The notes beneath the pieces were generated by a model. It saw only the letters and a program-made list of their open reading frames with translations, made no database searches and was not told where the DNA came from. This document shows, in pieces, positions 50,751 through 61,672 of a stretch of 64,000 nt of DNA. The translations under genes and the position numbers were made by a program. The DNA is taken from NCBI GenBank assembly GCA_002104905.1, contig MCFE01000131.1, forward strand, positions 62,001-126,000. The letters are read 5' to 3'. Numbering within the stretch: the first letter of the stretch is position 1; the number at the start of each line of letters is the position of its first letter. The DNA comes from Basidiobolus meristosporus CBS 931.73 (taxonomy: Eukaryota; Fungi; Basidiobolomycota).

Positions 50751-52574
50751 GCCGACTGTATTTGCTCAGGGTTTGGGTGTATGAGGGGAATAATATGACT
50801 GCAAAGCGGTACAAGCACAGCCAAGGGGTATAACAGAACAAGGCTTTAAACTTGGGGGAGAGACTTTCCTCAGGCTACTTATACGTGCGATAGCCAATTC
50901 TTAATCGGGAATGCCCAAGCGATAATTGCTTTTTTAACCTCGACTGGTTTTCTGGAGTTCAGTTTATTCTCTTGAGCCACGCCGGAAAAACGTTGATTAG
51001 TCTGGGTTCGTAATGGTCCCACTTTGAAAATACTGGCTAGCCATCTGCAGAAATCCCTCAAATGCCATTTTTAGTTCCCAGCGGGAGCACCGGAGCCAAT
51101 CCCTCCGCCCCTCTCCGTCCGAAGTCCACCACACCCGAAGCGGTCATTCTATCGAACCCCTGAAAATTGGTTTGGGACTGGATTGGTGGGATGGGGAATA
51201 GGTAGTTCCGTGGTATCTGATAGATTGCGTGTTCCGGGGCGAATGGCGACTGGCTATATGGTGCTGATATTGCCATTGGCTTCCAGATAGAAAGAGTTCT
51301 CTGGGATTTCAGATTGGAAACTATTGTGGGAACACCAATCACCGGGTTGCTTATTACTTGACCCACTGGTCGTTTTTGGTTAGCGCCTTTCCGTGTAGAT
51401 CTCCACAGCATCCCCGAGGTAAACTGGTGGCCTTTAGCGAAGCAGTGCTGCGCCATGGTTGTCGGTGGATTTGTGGCTACATTCCACCCAGGTTTTCTCC
51501 CAACCATACACATGCGCTTTGTCCGGCCAACAAATACACTGCTCACCCACAGCTCGAGGGTGACTATTGTTCGTTGAGTGGATCTCTATGGATTGCCACT
51601 TCTCATAGCGAGTACGCTCGAGTTCCTCGCAGCACCGGCTGAAGGTAGCTCAGTCAATACTACCAGTGGTGGGGAGAGTCGCATTCACGCGTTTCTCAAA
51701 GACCCTATTTAAAATGGTTTGATAGAGGTGACTGCTTCTGATCGCAAGGCGCTCGATTGCCTGGGTAATTTTTAATTCTAACGCTGCGGGTGGCTCTGTT
51801 TGCTGTTACCGACTTTATATAGCATCCGTCAAATACCATTTAGGTGGAACTCTGGCCTAGAAACAGGAGGCTGATGCCGAGGCTCCATCCATTCCTGTCA
51901 AGATAGACAAGCGATGTATCGGGTGCTCGGCATTCCCGCCAAGCTGACGAGTTACAGCATAGTTTCATTGATCGGCAATGATGGCATCACTGCTTACACG
52001 CGTTATGCCGACCGCCGCGCCTATACTGACGGTAACTGCGACATGTGGTTCCAACGGTGGATCGTTTGGCGAGCCTGGAAAGCCTGTGGTAATCAACCAG
52101 GTCGAAGCGTATCCACCATCTCACCAGGAAGGCTCATCAAACACTCGCACACGATATGGGCGTGCAGTACTATGCGGCGACAGGCTGCAGACAGTTTCAA
52201 GATGATATAAGAGACGGGCTCAGAACAACAGATGGGCTGGAATCATCAAGTGCCATGTTCAATACTCCACCTGTAGACTGCTGCCTTCAGGCTGAGTCAC
52301 AGATCTAATTTTAGCAATGGATAAGCCGAGCATCTTCATCCCAATGAGAATTACATGAGCAAAATCGGCTTAGCATCCAAATCGAGCAACGTGCTTCTAG
52401 GAGACCTTAAGAAAATGATTTAAAAGTTTACTAGTACCACGCTCCATTAAAACCCACCACTTGGACTTGGGAGCTAGACATCAATCTTCCATTGTCCAAA
52501 CCTCATCGAGCCTTGACCACTGCCTTTACCCTTTCTGTTCACTCCTGATCTCACACTCCACAATTGACTAAGCA

Positions 52575-53645
52575 ATGTCTGCTCTAGATGTGGTCGAAGC
52601 AGTAGTACGATGGGCATCCTTTATGTCAGCTGCACTGGTCTTACTGATCATCTTTCTGCTCTCCCGATACCGATCAAGTCTTGTTGATAGAGTTTCTGTT
52701 TACATCGTCGTAGCGTTTGCGATTCTGGACATGGTATCCATGATATTCGAAGAGGTATCAGACCATCAAATGGCTACCCTGCTAGTTCCAGGCTGCTCGG
52801 TGATTAGAGGGATTGTGCAGGCTGCCAACCTACTGATTGCCACACTCACATTTTGCATGGCCCTAAACATGTACGCAGTCATCGTCCGAGGGAAGCGGGG
52901 TTTTGGCCGAACAAAATGGTACTTCATCACCTCCATTTTCTTTAGCTTGTGCGTGGTTATTGTGCAAACCATCTCAATAACCGCGAGTGGAAGCACCTGT
53001 GACGCACCAGTTCTACCTGAGAATCGAACCAGGTCGTTGATTCATCTCTATCTGGGAGAGTATGTTTGGATTCTTCTGGCCATCGTCCTTTCGTCCCTGC
53101 TGATTAGCGTTGTCCGTATCCGCTTACCCAAAAAATCCGAAGAAGAACAACAACCATGGGCAATTGCATCGAGCAGCATACGGCATAGAGCTCGCTCACC
53201 ACCAATGGCTCAATCCAAGGTCGGCCAAACCTCTCCCCATTTCAACCGCAGCATTAGCGGCGGCAAATCTCCAAGACATACCGCTCGTTCTCCGTCCTTT
53301 ATCATATCCACACAAGCAGCAATCAACGACGAGATCCGACGCACGGCACGTCGTGTTGTGGCCTATATACTTGTGGTGGCAATCATTCAATTGCCCTCTA
53401 TGATTGTTATCACATACCTTCTAACTGACCCAGCAGCGTCGATCACTCTGTTGGGTGTCGTGAAGGTATTTAGCACCTTGGGCGGCATTCTTCATGGGTT
53501 GGTATTCTGCTTTGACCCGGCATTTGGGTTTATGCTGCCATTCCGTGATCGCCTATGCATGAGGGAGACTGCTTGGCTCTACCTCGAAAATAGTGTTCGG
53601 TTTCAGGATGTAGACGAGCATGTCCATCAACTACAGATCATTTAG
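52575..53645 (+). CDS. 7-TM G-protein-coupled receptor-like protein (cAMP-receptor-like/Git3-type architecture), 356 aa, intronless
   Basis: Seven hydrophobic segments, Cys at the top of TM3 and in ECL2, a long Ser/Arg-rich ICL3 and FCFDP at the end of TM7. The family assignment is inferred from architecture. Confidence 0.8.
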   Translation: MSALDVVEAVVRWASFMSAALVLLIIFLLSRYRSSLVDRVSVYIVVAFAILDMVSMIFEEVSDHQMATLLVPGCSVIRGIVQAANLLIATLTFCMALNMYAVIVRGKRGFGRTKWYFITSIFFSLCVVIVQTISITASGSTCDAPVLPENRTRSLIHLYLGEYVWILLAIVLSSLLISVVRIRLPKKSEEEQQPWAIASSSIRHRARSPPMAQSKVGQTSPHFNRSISGGKSPRHTARSPSFIISTQAAINDEIRRTARRVVAYILVVAIIQLPSMIVITYLLTDPAASITLLGVVKVFSTLGGILHGLVFCFDPAFGFMLPFRDRLCMRETAWLYLENSVRFQDVDEHVHQLQII

Positions 53646-53954
53646 ATCGATCCCACGCAAATATCGTCCAATCCTTAACCCTCCCCCTTCATCCCATATT
53701 CGATCATAACTCCTTACACTTCCCTTTCCTTTCGTCTACATGTATGTAAACCAACAATCGAACACCTGAGGGGCACCACCTATTTCACCCTTTTCCCACA
53801 CATCAAGTATTCATTGAAATGCCCTGAATGCCAACTTTCAGGGGTCTTTTGTAAACCCAGCTTAATATATACTGTAGGATTCGCATCCTCAGCACAACTT
53901 CTTGTTGCGTTGTCCAGAGAATTTATTCGGGAAAATGGCGAGTCTCCAAAATCG

Positions 53955-54575
53955 TTAAGAGAAGAGTAGGTGTATGGCGCTCGCGCTGATGAGCAGGCTG
54001 GCGGGGACCGTCCAACCCAAATACAGTCCCGATTGAGCTGAGTTTGGCTGGAGGGTTGCTGTGGGTATTCTCAGGGTTGACGAAGAGGCTGGGGATTTAG
54101 AGTTTGGCATGGTAGTGGAGGTTGCGTTAGCTGGTATTATTGGGCCGGGTGACGCCTGGGATGTCACAACGGGGGAAAATGAACCAGTGACTGTTATTGG
54201 CCCATTTGGAGAGGCTACGGTACTTTGGGGGATTCCTGTCATGGTATTGAGGTTGCTGATGGCTGTCGAAGTTACCTGAGATTGATCACTTGTGTTAGGT
54301 GCATTAATAGAAGTAGTTGGAAGCACAGCTGGAGCAGAGGCAGAGTCTTGGTGCGTTTCATTAGTCTCGGCAACTTCTGTGTACCTGTATGTACTGGTGG
54401 GGTACTGGCCATCAGAGACCAACCCGGATGCTTTATATTTGCCGCTATTTCCTTGATTTATGTTGGTCACTGTGGCGAATTTAGTAACTGTGACGGTTAG
54501 CACCTCGGTGTGGATCCGGTTAATGAGACATGCGGTTAGGAAAGTGCTGAAGGTTATGGCACTGGGTAATTTCAT
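53955..54575 (-). CDS. Ser/Thr-rich secreted, probably GPI-anchored cell-surface protein 1 (206 aa)
   Basis: The likely start is MKLPSAITF at 54575. Signal peptide, S/T/P-rich body, C-terminal NSA omega-like site and hydrophobic tail. Confidence 0.8.
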   Translation of the reverse strand: MKLPSAITFSTFLTACLINRIHTEVLTVTVTKFATVTNINQGNSGKYKASGLVSDGQYPTSTYRYTEVAETNETHQDSASAPAVLPTTSINAPNTSDQSQVTSTAISNLNTMTGIPQSTVASPNGPITVTGSFSPVVTSQASPGPIIPANATSTTMPNSKSPASSSTLRIPTATLQPNSAQSGLYLGWTVPASLLISASAIHLLFS

Positions 54576-55843
54576 TATGGCTGAGTGATGGAGTAACCCG
54601 AAACGAGTATCATCCTTGCGCGGCAGGAATGGCTTATAAGGCCAAGTACTACGGGTGCGGTAAGATGACAAATAGTGAATCTTGACTGATAGATTGTGTT
54701 GTATGGTACCAACAATCGGCCATCGGGTCAATGCCCTAAATCACCGGGAAATTCCCCCAGTGGCTCTCAGATGACAATACATGAGAATCATACATTACAG
54801 CTGGGATTATACAGCTGGTGCAGCATCCTCACTGATCTCATTCAGCTCAAAAAATCCACCTATTCCCAAGCCGATGATTATGGAATCGCCATATTTCCTA
54901 CACCCTATTGACCGAGAGCACCCAGTGTCTGCCAAACGATTGGTGATCAATTGCCAAGGACTGGAGCAAGCGCATCACAATCCTCCACGCATGCATGATT
55001 TTCCATAATGCCCCATCAGTCTCGAACATTGGCCAGCATGTTGTTTCGTCTGATTCGCAGCCACGCTCAACGGGCTATCGCTCGGGGCTAGGTATTGCAT
55101 GGCTTGGCGGGTAGGGTCAGACCTGAGCGCAAGCGCTTCCCTCGGCGAGGTGATGTCATGCCCGCTCAGTGGTTGATCGCTGCATCTGAAGCCAATATGT
55201 AGAATTCCTCAGTTTTGCCGGTTTCTAACCCTGATGATCGTTCATTGTTTCCAATACTGGCCATCTACTTGCGACAGTCGGTGCTCGGCCATCTACGTCC
55301 TATCCACTAGAGCGTAGCATGGGAAAGCCACTGTAGGATGGTTTTCTGATGATGCTGAGGTTGGAGTTGAGCAGCGCTCATTACGAGCGTTCAAGATCGG
55401 TGTTGTCTTGGTATGAAGAGTTTCATGATGGCAAGACCAAGTGGTAACCGGGGTTGGAATGGTGGCTCTTTATGTAAGCATTTCGAAAGTACTAAATCAT
55501 CCTAATGACCTAGCTGGATAAGGGATTGATTTCCCCGAAATGGAATCGTGGTTCAGCAAACGGGCCTGCATATGGGATTGGAGCCCGGCCAACCATGGCC
55601 TGTTCAGATGGATAAGGCTGTCACGGAAGCATAATTCATAGGATTATCATGTCGCATCGTGCCAGCAGTTCATGGCACCAAAGCATGGATACGCATTTTT
55701 TATTCAAGATTGGGTTCAGAAACGGGGTCACTTTTCATTTACGTCAAAATCATAGGGTTGACTGGGTTAAGTAGAAGGTAAGGCAGGTTAGGTTACAATG
55801 GGCCAGTAAGGATTTGTTGGCTCTGGTTAGCCAATGGGTCCAT

Positions 55844-56230
55844 TTAGTAATTCACAGCAGCAAGAAGTCCGACCATGCCGACTTTCACAACATCGAGCGA
55901 CTGAACTCTGGGCACTGCAGCATTGGGGGTTTTTGTTGGGTTGGTAACAGATGATAACGCAGAAGAAGCGCTGGAGGCGATGGAGGAAGATACCGAAGCT
56001 ATATTGGAGCTGGCCTCGGATTTTGCCGAAGACATTGCGGATGAAACCTCAGAGGATATCGATTCCACAGCAGATGAAGTACTGGCGGTTGGAGAGGGGC
56101 TTTGTCTTTCAGTGGCTGAGGGATTTCCGGTGGGAGCGGCGGTGGATGGAACAGTGGTGGTGACGGTGACAATCCGCTGGCCTGAAATGCAGGTGGCAAG
56201 AACAAGGAGAGCAACAATAGTATACTTCAT
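55844..56230 (-). CDS. Ser/Thr-rich secreted, probably GPI-anchored protein 2 (128 aa)
   Basis: Start MKYTIVALLVLATCISG at 56230, TATA box at ~56315, Ser-rich body, TPNAA plus hydrophobic tail. Confidence 0.82.
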   Translation of the reverse strand: MKYTIVALLVLATCISGQRIVTVTTTVPSTAAPTGNPSATERQSPSPTASTSSAVESISSEVSSAMSSAKSEASSNIASVSSSIASSASSALSSVTNPTKTPNAAVPRVQSLDVVKVGMVGLLAAVNY

Positions 56231-57258
56231 ATTAAAGCTGGTAACGAAGGGATGTGTTTGAGGAGGGCTGCTATCAAGGTAGGCTGAGGCTATGACATGG
56301 CCGGCCGAAGGCTTATATACCTTCGGGTGCACCTTCAACTGAAGGCACTTTCGAAGAATCTATCGAGGTCATCATGACATAAAACCACAGGCGTGGTAAG
56401 ACCTAGTTGTAGCTGGAGGTTTGAGTTCGCTACAGTTCGCAGTTTACATGCTGACGACCGATAAATGAAAAACCTGCTTAATATTGTGGGTATTCGAGGT
56501 GTGTTGGTACCGATGTCATCAGAAATTCGGCTACATGCCAGCATGAAGCGTACGATGCAGAATGAATGATGCTCTTTGATTCATGTTGTCATTGGTTTTT
56601 GCATCAAAAATTGGGAATAAGCTAAGACAATGTTCTTGAGTATTTATAGAAGGGAGTCTGGCAGCCGCCTGGTAAACACTTTTCTAAAACGGTTTTGCTG
56701 CGAGGTGTAGCGTGGTTTAAGCAAACCAACTCAATCCATATAAATTCTGGCTCCAGATCAGCTGACTCGGCCATCTTCAGGGCTGATAGCTGATTTGATA
56801 AAACCCGTATGGGAATGACCTGTTCCAAGGTAACAACGCGTGAGCATACATCAATTTCCCTCCAAACCGCTGTTGTATTGATGGAGTTTGTATTCGAAAT
56901 GATCGATGATAAGCCCAGAGATTAGAGTGGTGCGTGGACTGTTTATCAACTATTTGATCTCGGCTCTCCACCAACCCATAGGCCAGTCATGGAGCTTGTC
57001 CTCAGAAGGGCCCCTTCAAATCCTCCATTTGAGTCATCCAAGTGCGTACTGAGTCAGACCAATGCCCAGGGCCCTCCCGCCTGCCGAAGACATGGCCAAA
57101 CCAATAGCAATGAACGCGGTTTGCGCGTCAGTCGTGGAAATTCATCCACAACTGATAGTGAAATTTATTGATTCGATCACTCAAAAATGGCTAAATCAAA
57201 ATTGGAAACTGCTTAGGGGATGTAACTATCCAGCGAGGTAGAAAGCGACATGTTCGCT

Positions 57259-57723
57259 TTAAAGTTCATGTAGCGCATAACCCATGGCAGCCGCAGCAAC
57301 CAAGACTTCAGCGGGCGAGTTATAGAATTTATGGGCTGCATTGTGGGTTGGGGTGGGTGTAGCTTCAGCACGAGACTGCTGAGCGCTACTTACTGAGCTC
57401 AAGCTTGAACTGGCTTCTGATCGCACTGAAGATAGCTCCGAGCTCGCGTTGGAATTGATGGAGGATTCTCGAGAAGCGACATCAGAAGAGATTGACTGGG
57501 CTGAGGAGTTCGCTTCCGTCGAGGCAGTGGATCTGTTCGAGTCTGATGCATTGGCGGAATTGGATTCTGCCGCAGTCGTTGCCGGTGTGGCTGTTGTGCC
57601 AGCAGTACCTGTGGCACCGGGGGTAACTGATGCACGAGTCGCAACCGTAGTCGTCTGAGTGATAATGGCGCCAGAAGTAACGGTGGATAGCAGGGCCAGT
57701 GCGAAAGCAGTTGAAAGTTTCAT
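57259..57723 (-). CDS. Ser/Thr-rich secreted, probably GPI-anchored protein 3 (154 aa), paralog of protein 2
   Basis: Signal peptide MKLSTAFALALL, TATAAAA at ~57815, shared SEASS..SVSS motif, THNAA plus hydrophobic tail. Confidence 0.82.
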   Translation of the reverse strand: MKLSTAFALALLSTVTSGAIITQTTTVATRASVTPGATGTAGTTATPATTAAESNSANASDSNRSTASTEANSSAQSISSDVASRESSINSNASSELSSVRSEASSSLSSVSSAQQSRAEATPTPTHNAAHKFYNSPAEVLVAAAAMGYALHEL

Positions 57724-60020
57724 GGTGTAAGCTTTTGGAACTATATGTCAATGGTTATCGCTTGATGTTGTCGGACGATGTATACAATGCACAACCCCAT
57801 CGCCCAGCGTCTCTTTTATAGTTTGCAGGCTGACAGCCAAGAAATGTATGAGTGTCCCACTTTCCAAATGCAGTGGAGATCCACCCTACGCTGAGTTCAT
57901 CCATCGCTCACTACTCGGGAAAAATGTAATTTGGACATTGGATCCTTTTCAAATGATGTCTCACTGTTGGCTGTAGAAATGTTGTAGTCCGAGATAAAAT
58001 CTCAGCAAGATTGTCGCGATAGACGTGTTTTAAACTAGCCATCGATTCAGATATACCCACTATTAACCACCCACTCACTTCATGAATCCCCATAGATTAC
58101 TGGCTCGCCAGATGGGCTCTTTAGTCATGAATATCACCGGGTGAGACTATCAAAGCGTTGTGGTTCTCGGCAGTCGCGTATAATAAGGACTCCGAAGTAC
58201 GTCATAGCTGGGTCCAAGATTGACACGTCGATTCCAACACTCGACATCCTATTGAGTAAGCAGAACATGAACATTTATTAACCATCATTCTCCAAACACC
58301 AGTTTGTATCGATAGCTGACATGCATAAGCATTAGCCAAGTTTAACGAGCCTTAACCAAATGTTTAACCCTCCGGATGAGGATTGGCTAGAGACCATATT
58401 AGGACTGGAACAAACATGCTGAATCTCGCGTAGTAACAACTCATTATCAAGATACAAGAGAGATTAAAGAGACGCTTTCATTTAATTCCCTGAACTTGGC
58501 GCCAAGCAATTTTATTAGACGATGCCACTGATAGTAACGCCGGTTGGAATATGAAATCATCGCGGTAAATCGCATTGCTCTATCTTAAATGCAGTAGGTT
58601 GGAAGGCTACTCGAAGAATATTGAATAAGGGCTGTCATCCTTTTTGTCAAGCGTAGTCACTGCCCTAGCAAGTACCCTTGTCAATTGCCATATATGAGCT
58701 TTTCAAATTCAGATGAATTATCACCCACTTCTATATCGGCGCACGAAACAGCAACCATTGGTGCCATTGTCTAATCTCGACAAGTGTGCATATGGGGCAT
58801 ATGTGTTGCGCTCGAGATACTCCAAACAGCAAGGTGAAGATATGGGTTGCTTCTTACATTAGGATCATCATTGCAACTTTCCTTGTGGTATGCAGGTTGC
58901 TTATCAGTCTATCAAGTGTTATGTTTGCATGGTGCTTTGCAATGGAATGATCAGTGAAATCTATGGAATCACGTGACGCTCACTGGACTGCAGCCTACTC
59001 AGGAGTCTCTGTGATGTGTGATTTTTGAGGCAGGTATGCATCCAACTGATCAGCACATTGATAATGGGGTTGGTGAAATCACACATTCCAACCACCCGAT
59101 TTAGAAAGCCACATCGACCAATATCCTTATTGCATGGATGTCTGACACTGGGAACCCACAATTAATATAAACGGTATATTGATCATTACTTAAGACCACT
59201 TCGGGATTGGCCTAGAATAGTTGTCACTTAGATCCATCTGAAACCCTCATTAAGGGCTCCTAGAATTGCTTTCTGTGGCCAATTAAGGCCCTACAGTTCG
59301 TAAAGTAATGTAGTAGACGGTTGTGTCCCTATCTCTGTTTGGAGGAACAGGGGAAATCGAAGTGCGCAACTGACAACACACCCTTAGGAAGGAGCATTGG
59401 TGGAAGCCCAGGGTTAGGGGCCAGTTCACATTAGAGCGAGCCAAGCAAGAGCATGCCCTCAGGCCGGGTGAACCCCGTGATCAGCAATCTCTGGCGTGGC
59501 TCCACGATAAGTGTAAATGGGTTACGCATCCCATCTTAATCCTAGCAAAGCCCTCACGGCCATGGTGTCTCCCAGCCCATCGCATTTGATACCTCTTTGT
59601 ATCACGGAGCCCAGCACGAATACATCATAAACCATTTATCCTGGCTATGTAGGCAAACCAGATTTTCAGCTTCCACTACCGATTTTGGGGAGTAGCATTC
59701 GATCATAGATGCTTGAGCAATGTGGGCTCCGAGGGTTGGAGCAGATACACCCACCAATACCTCAACGCCTTCATATTAAATCCTCATCAAAAAGCCACCA
59801 TTATGTGCATATTAAATTGGTTGCAATTTGAATATATTTTAAAGTACTGCTATTTTTGTTGTGCATAATCTTAAATTTAAGCTTAGCCCTATCGCTTAGC
59901 AAGTGATCCTTCAATTACATCAATCTCTGAGGATTTTCAACTATCAGACACATATATATAGCGGGCGGTGTCTGTTCACTACATCCCTAAGCAGTACACA
60001 CCACTCTCGACTCTAACCCG

Positions 60021-61022
60021 ATGAAGTTCTTCGTTATCAGCCTTGTTTCTCTACTTCCAATTGTTGCTCAAGCACAAACCCCCAACTGGCCTCTATGGGA
60101 TACGCCTCCCACGATTCTTCCGGAGCACTCGAAGCTGGCCAGTGGCATATCCAATATCCCTAGCAATGTCCCTCAACGAGGTGCCGGATCTCCACCCACA
60201 TGCACTCAGAATCCCTGTAACGAGGATTGCGGATGCTGGTGGACCTGTGGAAACTGTGTGGCCCCGGATGACATTGTTACTTGTCCGAAACCAAAGGTTT
60301 GGGGGCTGACATTCGACGATGGGCCCTCCCAGAATACCACATTCATTCTTGACTACCTAAAGCAAAACAATATGAAGGCCATGTTTTGCGTGGTCGGAAG
60401 TCGCGTTGTCCAGAATCCCGAGATCCTCAAACGCACCTACCAGGAAGGCCATGAAATCTGTGTCCATACCTGGAGTCACACTGCACTGACTTCTCAGTCG
60501 AACGACCAGATCGTTGCTGAAATGAAATGGACCGAGAAAGCCATTCATGACACCATCGGCGTTGTCCCGAAATATATGAGGCCTCCCTTCGGCGATATTG
60601 ACAACCGTGTCCGTGCCATCATGAGAGGCTTGGGGTATAAGGTTATTCTCTGGAACATGGATACCTCCGACTGGAAGTTAAACAGCCCGGGCTCCAACTA
60701 TAACCCTGACAACGTTCGTCAGACTTTCGTTGATTTTATAAACACTCGTGTACCAACCCTCCAACAGGGTGTCATATCCTTGGAGCATGACCTTCGTGCT
60801 GAAGGCGTAAAGCAGTTCCCCATCGCAGTTAATTTGATGAAAACGGCAGGTTTTTCGATGATCAGTGTTGGCCAATGCCTTAACGATGCCAACGTCTATC
60901 AGAGTACCAATTCCACCACCGGCAATCAGTCGCCCAACGGTAAATCCGCTGCTCCTCACCACGGTGTCGGAGGAGTTGTTGCCCTTCTAACACTACTTGC
61001 CGCATATTCATTAACGAAATAA
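60021..61022 (+). CDS. CDA: Chitin deacetylase (CE4/NodB domain), secreted and probably GPI-anchored, 333 aa, intronless
   Basis: All five CE4 motifs are present: TFDDGP, HTWSH, RPPFG, LWNMDTSDW, SLEHD. Signal peptide, Cys-rich pre-domain, hydrophobic C-terminal tail, TATA at ~59952. Confidence 0.95.
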   Translation: MKFFVISLVSLLPIVAQAQTPNWPLWDTPPTILPEHSKLASGISNIPSNVPQRGAGSPPTCTQNPCNEDCGCWWTCGNCVAPDDIVTCPKPKVWGLTFDDGPSQNTTFILDYLKQNNMKAMFCVVGSRVVQNPEILKRTYQEGHEICVHTWSHTALTSQSNDQIVAEMKWTEKAIHDTIGVVPKYMRPPFGDIDNRVRAIMRGLGYKVILWNMDTSDWKLNSPGSNYNPDNVRQTFVDFINTRVPTLQQGVISLEHDLRAEGVKQFPIAVNLMKTAGFSMISVGQCLNDANVYQSTNSTTGNQSPNGKSAAPHHGVGGVVALLTLLAAYSLTK

Positions 61023-61672
61023 TGGTTTGGGTATATACAATTCATCGAGCTTCAACAGTCATAATTTTGAGAATTTGACGTAGGTTCTTAATATTAGCAT
61101 CATTGTTCCTGGGAGTCATTCAGTAGCTTTGATGAAACAATCCATGTAGATTAAATGTATTGTCAGCCAATTGTATTCGACACCACCAGCCCTATAATAA
61201 TAAACTCAAACATGACACCATATGAATTCCACACCTCTATCCGCGGTCCCTTCAATCAGAGGGATACATTCGAAACCAAGAATATATTGAAAAACATCTG
61301 GGCCAGATGCTCATGTACCTTTTGATTGAACGTGCATTATTAGGGACACGACACAGCCCTGTGGGGTCCACCAGACAGGGCAATCTTGAAGGTAAGTTAC
61401 GTAATCTACGGTCACCAAGAAGCGGTTATCCAAGGCCTATCTAGCATAGGGGAATGTACATACGGAACAGAAGTGCATGTGAATGGAGGTACTGATGTAA
61501 ATCTGCACTGGATAAGAATGTCGAGTTCCGCGATGTTTCGTCGTGGCTAAGCTGCTGGAATTCATGATTGATCAAAGCTAACTAATCATTTCCTAATCGT
61601 TTAGCCGTAGCCATCAACACTAGGCCTTCTCGACAATGCGCTTTTAGTGTGTACTACTAACCTTTCTACGTC

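Noticed and set aside
51058-52210. ORFs of 75-162 aa between the PY protein and the GPCR
   Set aside because: Overlapping frames, mostly non-ATG starts and no protein-like features; consistent with chance ORFs.
59370-59620. GC-richer tract with AGGAAGGAGCA resembling SRP RNA helix 8
   Set aside because: The required upstream CAGG strand and stem are absent. No ncRNA call is supportable without a covariance-model search.
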